A stretch of DNA of 64,000 bases, from assembly GCA_000165425.1 (NCBI GenBank), contig CT868058.1:124001-188000 (forward strand), written 5' to 3'. Below, one piece after another: positions 55,819 through 64,000 of the stretch (position 1 is the stretch's first letter; each line of letters opens with the position of its first letter). This DNA is from Paramecium tetraurelia. Taxonomy: Eukaryota. The position numbers and the translations under genes are program-made. The notes beneath the pieces are model-generated. The model saw only the letters and a list, made by a program, of their open reading frames with translations. It was not told the origin of the DNA and searched no databases.

Positions 55819-57415
55819 TCATGATATCATTGACAAATTCAGTTTGTTTCTTTTTGCCTGTTGAACTGAAAATGTATTTGATAATAAGGGTCTAAGTAGT
55901 AATTTGACTCCATTGCTTTTAGGAGATGTGTTTATTTTTTTTTTACTTGAACTTTACCTTGTAGTAAATGGTTGATCTTCTATTCCTGTAAGATATTATG
56001 AATTCCTTTTTGAGAAGCTTTTTCTAAGAGATTTAGTATCAGATATCAACTTTTGAATGGCATTCTTTTTAAAATTCATGGATTCATTATCTGTATCAAT
56101 TCCAAATAATTCTATAAATTCTGCAAATATCCTCATCTGAGATTTGAATATCATACTCATAACATTGAATTGATCCTCAAGAGTCACAAAATCTTTTAAA
56201 TTCGATTTAAGTTTTAATGAATCAGAAACATCAACCTTATTTGCCTTAGCTTTCAAGAAATCTTAAATACGATCTATTTATTAACCAACATCTTCAAGTT
56301 TATATAATTCCATTTATTTATTTACATTATGCTTAATAGTATCTTCAATACTACTTATTATTTATTCTGATAACTACTTAGCCATCTGTTATCTCTATTC
56401 ATCAAAGTATTAATAACATCTAGTGATTTATTTTTATGTATCTTAAATTTATAGTAAGTTTTTTTAATAATGTAGTTTATAATCTTCTTGTTCTTTTTTT
56501 AAAATTATCAAATCCATTTTGGTCGCCTTTTGTAATAATTCATAATCTGTTGCTTTGATTATTTTACGAAACTCTTGGACTTCATTGAAATCCTTATCTA
56601 CAATATCTGATAGATCTTTGATTTTTGGTAGCAATTGCTCCTAAAAGGCTGAGAGTTGTGTCTAAGTAGCAAATATTTTGGAGGAATCTACAAATTCTTA
56701 AAATTCATGTAATTTCACAGTTGTAGTTAGGTCTGAGAGAATGAACTAGAGGGAAATTTATCAATTACATAAATACATCTTATTTTTTGATTACATCATT
56801 GATGTTTGAATTGGTATATCGCTTAAGTTCGATTAATTGCTCACTCAAATGATGGAATCGACATTCGAGGAGATCTAATTATTACATAGTCATATCTTTG
56901 GGAGCAAACTTGGCTTAGAAATGACTCATGTGATCGCTCATCTATTCTTCAAAGAGCATATGAAAATCTTGGGCGTTCAGATACGAATTGAGGGATTCTT
57001 GAATAGTTATTAATTAATTATTGATTTGTGTTTATATCTTGATGAATTATCCCTCGCATTAATTTTAAAGCTTTCGAATTTGCATTTAGAGATCACACAG
57101 ATCTTCTTGACTTGGTTTTTCATTGATTTGCTAAGTAAGCTGTTAGAGAGTATGATCTTAACTATTGAATTTATACATGATGGCATCAGTCTATTATCTA
57201 GATTAATCTCTTAAGAGATCTATTTTTAAGGATATTGAATTATTAAGTTCTGCAGAGATCTGGCTGATCAATTTATTTTTTGGTTTAAATGATAATTTCT
57301 TGGGAACGAAGTTCTGTTTGCATCTCACTTAAAACAGTCTGTCTGTATCGAATTCAAAGATATCACTAAAACCCAGTATGTAATCTATGAGTAATGATAA
57401 GGTTTCTTCATCCAT
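55819..57415 (-). CDS. Hypothetical coiled-coil protein
   Basis: Long Q/E/K-rich ciliate-code ORF MDEETLSLLIDYILG...NLSMIS-TGA with short intron(s). Confidence 0.7.
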
Positions 57416-57549
57416 TAGAGAGATATAAAGAAATTATTAATTACTCGTTTAATTGCATAATTATTGATATTAAGAAAGTAAAGGGAGAAATGGAGAAGTA
57501 ATCAGTAAAATTCCTGAATAAATATTTGATTAATGTAAATTGCTGACTT

Positions 57550-57903
57550 TCATAATATATTGACGATGTTATGGAAAATAACCCAAATCATTAAGAATAA
57601 TAACAAATCTGTTCCGATTCCTGAATAGTATGCATCATAACTTGATTTGAAGTACTCTTTGACTCTGAAATTCATTTTAATTGCTAAGCAAGCACTCACA
57701 ATCAAGAATACCACAACATAAATTCCCATGCCAATCCATCCGTCTAAAATTATTCATCAATTTCTACCCATTCCCAATATACCTGCTATCATACCAGCAT
57801 TCAATGATCCATACACTCTGAGGTTTTTAAGTTGATTTGTGTTTTATTTTAATCGTTCCTAATTAACTTCCAGATCATCCAATTCAACTTTTGGTTCCTC
57901 CAT
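57550..57903 (-). CDS. EMC6: ER membrane protein complex subunit 6 (Rab5ip family)
   Basis: QNTNQLKNLRVYGSLNAGMIAGILGMDGWIG...EYFKS...LFLMIWVIFHNIVNIL-TGA; 1 intron. Confidence 0.88.
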
Positions 57904-58208
57904 TAATTAATTTATATATTAAATTATATTAATTCCAGCTCTTCTACAATATATATCTTAAATAGGTAGAACCAGAGTCAATTGATTGATTAGTTGTCTA
58001 CAATCTATAATTCTGGAGTAGTCAGTAAACCTAAGTTAATACAATTAAGTTTAATGTATATTAATTTGATTAATTCAAAAGTGAAGATCGGACATAGCAA
58101 AAGATATGATAATGAGTAAATCTATCAGGGATGATAGCCAAAAGAAAAGGAAATTAATTTAGCACAATTGATTTAATGAATACTATAATGTTTTACATTA
58201 TTAATATT

Positions 58209-58832
58209 TCAAAATCTCACGCAATTCGTAAATAAGTACTTGACTATTTTGGAAAAAACTAAATTTTGAATATCCAAATCTTTGGTGTCTTGATTATCAG
58301 CTTTGAGCAATGATACCATTTTAGCTATCTCCTCACTTAACTTCTCAAGCTTAACACGCTTAGAAAACTGTTTTTATAATTTCTCAAATCTTAAGCTAGA
58401 TTTCACACTCATATACATCAGAATTACTAGAACTATACTCAATACAATTATATCGATACCTATTAGATAGAGAGGTAGCATCTTATGGATTATTCTCCAT
58501 ACCTGTTTAGAATATTCAATAATAATTATCATCATTGTGTGATACCATTTTCTTCTATTTCTCAAATCCATTCTCTTTTGGTAATTTAAAACTCTCAACT
58601 AATAATTTTATTCACTATTGAATTCCTATTTGATAAGATTCTCCAACAAAATGTTCACCTTAAACTAGTTCAAGTATATCTAAATTGGTGCTCTGCAAAC
58701 TGGACATGAGTTGTAACTTTGATAGAAGTATTTACTTCGAACACATGGTTTACAAAACGTATGGCCACATGTTAAAGTAATTGGTTGTAACAATGTTTAT
58801 AAACATATTGGACAATCGAAAAGTTGTTGCAT
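58209..58832 (-). CDS. C3HC4 RING finger protein with a predicted TM helix
   Basis: CPICLQTLLQPITLTCGHTFCKPC...CPVCR at the N-terminus; hydrophobic IIVLSIVLVILMY segment. Confidence 0.88.
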
Positions 58833-59357
58833 AATTAATTAATAATGGACACATATTTACACACTATTTAGAGTATATAAATAAAATTCATCCACAATCT
58901 TCAAAATCATGAAATATACTCATCTATTAGACTGTTGATTACAAATTCAAACTCGCAATTTACTTCTTCTGCAATTATCAACTCATTCACAGTTAAATCA
59001 ATCATCATATAATTGAGGATGTACTAAATCCTTTAGGAAATAATAATCTAAGCTATTCACAACTAATAAATGCATCAGGATTTAAACTGTCACTCAGATT
59101 AATCATTAGCAAGTTATATTCTAATGAATTATGGAAATGATATTAAAATGGACTTTTATCTATGCAATTCTTATGAGATGATTATAATAGACAATTTCCT
59201 ACTTTTTCATTTGTTTTAATATACTATTTCTGGTTATTAAATAGATATTAAAAGAATTAATAATATTATTTGTTCAATATCTATTTTTAAAGAAATCTCA
59301 ATTGTGCAAATTTAGTTATTATTAATTTTAGAAAGCCATCAGATGGAAGTGATAATT

Positions 59358-60261
59358 NNNNNNNNNNNNNNNNNNNNNNNNNNNNNNNNNNNNNNNNNNN
59401 NNNNNNNNNNNNNNNNNNNNNNNNNNNNNNNNNNNNNNNNNNNNNNNNNNNNNNNNNNNNNNNNNNNNNNNNNNNNNNNNNNNNNNNNNNNNNNNNNNNN
59501 NNNNNNNNNNNNNNNNNNNNNNNNNNNNNNNNNNNNNNNNNNNNNNNNNNNNNNNNNNNNNNNNNNNNNNNNNNNNNNNNNNNNNNNNNNNNNNNNNNNN
59601 NNNNNNNNNNNNNNNNNNNNNNNNNNNNNNNNNNNNNNNNNNNNNNNNNNNNNNNNNNNNNNNNNNNNNNNNNNNNNNNNNNNNNNNNNNNNNNNNNNNN
59701 NNNNNNNNNNNNNNNNNNNNNNNNNNNNNNNNNNNNNNNNNNNNNNNNNNNNNNNNNNNNNNNNNNNNNNNNNNNNNNNNNNNNNNNNNNNNNNNNNNNN
59801 NNNNNNNNNNNNNNNNNNNNNNNNNNNNNNNNNNNNNNNNNNNNNNNNNNNNNNNNNNNNNNNNNNNNNNNNNNNNNNNNNNNNNNNNNNNNNNNNNNNN
59901 NNNNNNNNNNNNNNNNNNNNNNNNNNNNNNNNNNNNNNNNNNNNNNNNNNNNNNNNNNNNNNNNNNNNNNNNNNNNNNNNNNNNNNNNNNNNNNNNNNNN
60001 NNNNNNNNNNNNNNNNNNNNNNNNNNNNNNNNNNNNNNNNNNNNNNNNNNNNNNNNNNNNNNNNNNNNNNNNNNNNNNNNNNNNNNNNNNNNNNNNNNNN
60101 NNNNNNNNNNNNNNNNNNNNNNNNNNNNNNNNNNNNNNNNNNNNNNNNNNNNNNNNNNNNNNNNNNNNNNNNNNNNNNNNNNNNNNNNNNNNNNNNNNNN
60201 NNNNNNNNNNNNNNNNNNNNNNNNNNNNNNNNNNNNNNNNNNNNNNNNNNNNNNNNNNNNN
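59358..60261. other. Assembly gap (904 N)
   Basis: Run of N characters; the X-rich ORFs in the supplied track are artefacts of it. Confidence 1.
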
Positions 60262-60680
60262 GATACAAATTACTGGAATAAAGAACATTAAATATTATCC
60301 ATATGTGTATTTTATAATAAGTTTAAAAGAACCCACAGAATTAATATTTATGGATAATTCTATTATTTAATCGAATTATTATTTTGTTTATAATTATTAT
60401 GTTTTTCCTTTTAACTTAGACTTTATTGAAGTTCTTAAAAAAATAGCCTGATCTCACAAGAATTTACTTTTGAATCTTATTATTCAAAGTTGATTAGAAT
60501 GTAAATCAATTGTTGATTTCGAATGATTCCTTAATTAACCTAAAAATCTCCATTAAATAGGGTTATCCCATCACATCATTAAAATAATATTTATATAACA
60601 TTTTACATATATTTATTATCATAGAGTTGCTTCATCATAGTGTCTTCATAAATGCGTTTTTAAATTATAAATATAAATAA

Positions 60681-61732
60681 ATGAAATATTATAAGCAAGG
60701 ACAATTACTTTGTTACATTGGAACATGGATGCCTTTTGTTATATTGGTCACGATATTTCTATTCTTCTATGGAGTGTATATGTAGGTATATGACACCTAT
60801 TAATGTTCAAGACCTACTTGTTGCCCCGAATAAGATCGGAGTACATTGAAAAACCAGTCATAGAAATAAACACTTACTTGATTCAATTAGTACACATCAA
60901 TGACTATGTCTTCAGCAATTCAACTGTAGTAATTACAGTATTATTGCATACAATACTTGTTCTATTTTTAATTACATTAATAAGAGTAGTAACAACATTG
61001 CCTGGGAAAGTGCCTAAGGAATGGCTGAACAGAGTGGAGGGAGAGATCAACAAGATGATAGAGAATGAGGAGAATATGATCAATTTTCACAAGAAGGGAT
61101 CACAAACATCAACATCCTTCTCTTCAGAAATAGATGATGAACAACGATTGCAATTAAATTCTAAAGCAAGGTTGGAATTGATAGATAAGTCTGGTCATCG
61201 GTTTTGTAAAGAACTGTTAGGCATTTAAACCAAAACGTTGCCATCATTGCCGTTAATGTAAGACATGCTGGTTGAAAATGGATCATCATTGTCAATGGCT
61301 CAACAATTGCATAGGTTACAACAATTATAAAATGTTCATCAATTTACTCGGTTATTCATGTATAAGATTAATTATATCTAGGGTTGCTAATAAGTTTTAT
61401 AATGATAACTTATAGTCGTTGCTATTATGATACCCTTAATTCATATTCATCTGATAGTAAACTATTCCTGGTTTCTTTCACTTTTCTGTATTGTAGTTTT
61501 TTGTGGATACTCTTAACAGCCTTCACATTATTCCATTTATGGTACTCTAATTCATTATAATGAGATAAATAGGGCTATCAAATCTAACATCACAACCCTT
61601 GAATATTGCGAAAATAAACCCAGACTACCAGTTCAGAAGAGTGCTTTAGAGAATATTGTCGAAGTGTTCGGCATCAATCCTCTAATTTGGTTCTTACCCA
61701 TTTAACCAAATACGAAACCAATATTGGATTGA
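60681..61732 (+). CDS. DHHC palmitoyl acyltransferase, with an apparent +1 frameshift at ~61208-61211
   Basis: [52 protein letters not shown] motif; [15 protein letters not shown]. Confidence 0.92.
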
Positions 61733-61780
61733 AAAAAAGATAAATAAATTTACATAATCATATAATTATATTTTTATATA

Positions 61781-62399
61781 ATGGAAAAAATAGATATGTT
61801 AGTTAAAGTAGTAATCATTGGAGATACAACGGTGGGAAAGACAAACATAATGACACAGTATTGTGATACCAATTTTAAAATGAACTCTCTTCCCACAATT
61901 GGAGCTGATTCAAGGGTAAAGATGATATAGATGAATGAAAGAGAAACTATAAAGATGATGATTTGGGATACATGCGGTCAAGAACGATTCAAATCCATCA
62001 CAAAAAATACATTTAAAGGAGCATAGGGTTTTGTGTTGGTGTATGATATCACATCAAAAAGCACTTTTGAACATGTGGAAGATTGGCTAGAAGTAAAACT
62101 TAAGTTAATCCAAGTCAATCAATGATAACATTGATACAAATACAGTTTCGATTGTTTTAGTTGGAAATAAGTCTGATCTGGATGAATTGAGATAGATTTC
62201 TAGAGATCAAGGACAGGCTTTGGCCAACAAACATAATCTCAACTTTTTTGAGACTTCAGCCAAGTTGGGAATTAATTTAAGTGAGGTTTTCGTTTCACTT
62301 GCTAGAAATATCAGGAAAATCATAAACTCAGCAAACAAAGACACTGAGATGCTCACTACAGACAAAACTAAAAGTAAAAAGAAGAAAGGTTGCTGTTGA
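61781..62399 (+). CDS. Rab-family small GTPase (divergent)
   Basis: GDTTVGKT, WDTCGQERF, VGNKSDL, FETSAK and C-terminal KKKKGCC; 1 intron. Confidence 0.95.
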
Positions 62400-62423
62400 T
62401 ATTCCATATACTAAGTTAATATA

Positions 62424-62885
62424 TCAATATTATTCAATTTTGTTTCTGCAAGTGGGACACTCTGCTTTTATTATCAGCCAATCCTTTATACATTCATTAT
62501 GGAAGTAATGATTGCATTTTAGAATTTTGATTAAGTTTTTGTCATTTATCTCTGATAAACATATTGCGCAAATTCTATTCTTCTTTATAAATATTTACTC
62601 TGGCTGTGGGATTTCATCCACTCCTACCAAAATCGGTATGTCATCAAACCAATTTTTCGGCTTCCTTGCCTTCACTACCTTTAGATAAGATGGAATCGCT
62701 TGAGGTATTTAAGTTAAATTCAAGTTCATGTAAATTTTGTAAAGGAACCTTTCTTCATAACACATTAATTACATAAGTTGCCAAGGGAATCGCGGTTATT
62801 CGGTTTAACTCTTTTGAATCTTTTTCTTTATTTCCTACACTCTCTCATAAGCATTGTTCAATTATAATTATCTTCTTCTATTCAT
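62424..62885 (-). CDS. RING-H2 finger protein (153 aa)
   Basis: CAICLSEINDKNLIKILKCNHYFHNECIKDWLIIKAECPTCR at the C-terminus; intronless reading. Confidence 0.88.
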
Positions 62886-62968
62886 TTGATTATTTATTTC
62901 TCATTATTTTACTATAATCCAAACTAGATTTATACGAGATAAAATCTTCTATTTTAAAGAGTTATAAA

Positions 62969-64000
62969 TCACAATAATAATTATAATTCACTAGACAAAT
63001 CAAGAATTTATGATAAGTATTAAATTTTCTAATTATCCATGTACTTCAAAGATTGTTATCTATGTTGCTGTAACTCACTACTCAACTGCTCTATTATTTT
63101 ATCCCTATTCCTCAACAAATTTTGACAATTCTATATATCTTGTGCATATTGATTCTTTAATTTGGCCACTTCCTACTCCTTCTCCAATTACAAAGCATTC
63201 AAATACTCCTTCTAATATTGTTTCTCAGCCTCCAAATCCTTCTAACTCTACTCAGTCTTCACCTTGTTTACGCCTTAATTTTATTAACTAAATTGCATTA
63301 TCTCCTGATCCTTCTTGCTCACCTCTTTCGTCAATAATTACAACTTTGTATTCAAATAATTGATCTTCACTGTTAAAATTCAATATCTTTACTTTCTACT
63401 CATATACTTATTGCATTAATTGAATTTCAGCTTGCTTTAACTCTTCCAAACGAGCAATCTCCGAATTCATCTAATCGTTATTTAAATTAAATATTTTATA
63501 TAATATTTATACTCATCCTTTTCTTATACATTAACTTAAAATAATTAACTCACTCAAGTGTTCTAATTACTATATTTACACCACTGTTCCAATAATATAA
63601 TTTCCCTATTCATTTAAATACATTCTCTAGCATGCTCGGCTTATGATTTTTGTTTGGATTCAACAATTTGATTTTACTCTACACCGCTATTGCTCTGGTG
63701 AATCAGAAACAACTCTATGTATTTCATATTAATTTAAAATCATTTGGGAATCTATTTTCATAGATCTTCATTTTTGATTTCAAAAATCATATATAAATTG
63801 ACCAAAAACAATACATCATCCCTTGTTTAAGTATAATTTTAATTAGCTTTCTTCCTTATTTTATAATGTATTAGTATGCCGTCAATTTTAATACGAAACA
63901 CATATTGGATTTTCAATAATTCTCATAAAATCTGCAATGTATTTTATACCCTAAACATTTCTGATTTCCTCATAACTATCGTCTTTTTCATCTGTCATAC
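62969..64000 (-). pseudogene. Coiled-coil coding remnant, probably a disrupted gene
   Basis: Heptad-rich stretches (MNSEIARLEELKQAEIQ; LEAEKQYQKEYLNALQLEKEQEVAKLKNQY) lie in different frames. The obvious 23-nt intron joins into a TGA, and upstream sequence has further TGA stops. Confidence 0.4.

Noticed and set aside
58850..59357. Coding-like fragment on the minus strand next to the gap (..DAFISCEQLRLLFPK..)
   Set aside because: I could not build a consistent spliced ORF or family motif, and sequence next to a gap is unreliable.
59287..60288. 300+ aa ORFs in the supplied track
   Set aside because: They are artefacts of translating through the N gap.
21947..62885. Cullin + F-box + two RING genes as a ubiquitin-ligase module
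   Set aside because: They are widely separated members of large families, and neither RING protein resembles Rbx1.

Overview
This is eukaryotic, very AT-rich, gene-dense ciliate DNA, most likely a Paramecium (aurelia-type) macronuclear scaffold. TAA and TAG read as Gln at conserved positions, TGA is the only stop, and genes carry many 20-30 nt GT..AG introns. The supplied standard-code ORF track therefore only shows fragments. Re-reading by hand in the ciliate code gives about 35 genes: TMEM63/OSCA channel, V-type H+-PPase, MetAP2, a three-CXXC PDI, two Ser/Thr kinases, mS38-like protein, RPL9/RPS24/RPL28/RPS4, a four-domain Cav/Nav-like channel, cullin, TCBP-25-like EF-hand protein, a ~3000-aa Cys-rich/beta-helix multi-pass membrane protein, mitochondrial carrier, ADAT3, BRO1/ALIX-like protein, two CNBD K+ channels, F-box, TauE, EMC6, two RING proteins, DHHC palmitoyltransferase, Rab and several hypotheticals. 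There is also a multiply disabled GSK3 pseudogene and a 904-N assembly gap. I saw no CRISPR, transposon, rRNA or tRNA. The most interesting observations are: a D/D/D/D selectivity filter in the four-domain channel; a tiny protein combining GILK, RVxF-like and CaaX motifs (candidate membrane-anchored PP1 regulator); a recurring TGCGT upstream motif; CCHC knuckles after the CNBD of the K+ channels; a 24-bp divergent promoter; and single-base frameshifts in RPL28 and the DHHC gene. All coordinates and translations are manual, and no database searches were run.
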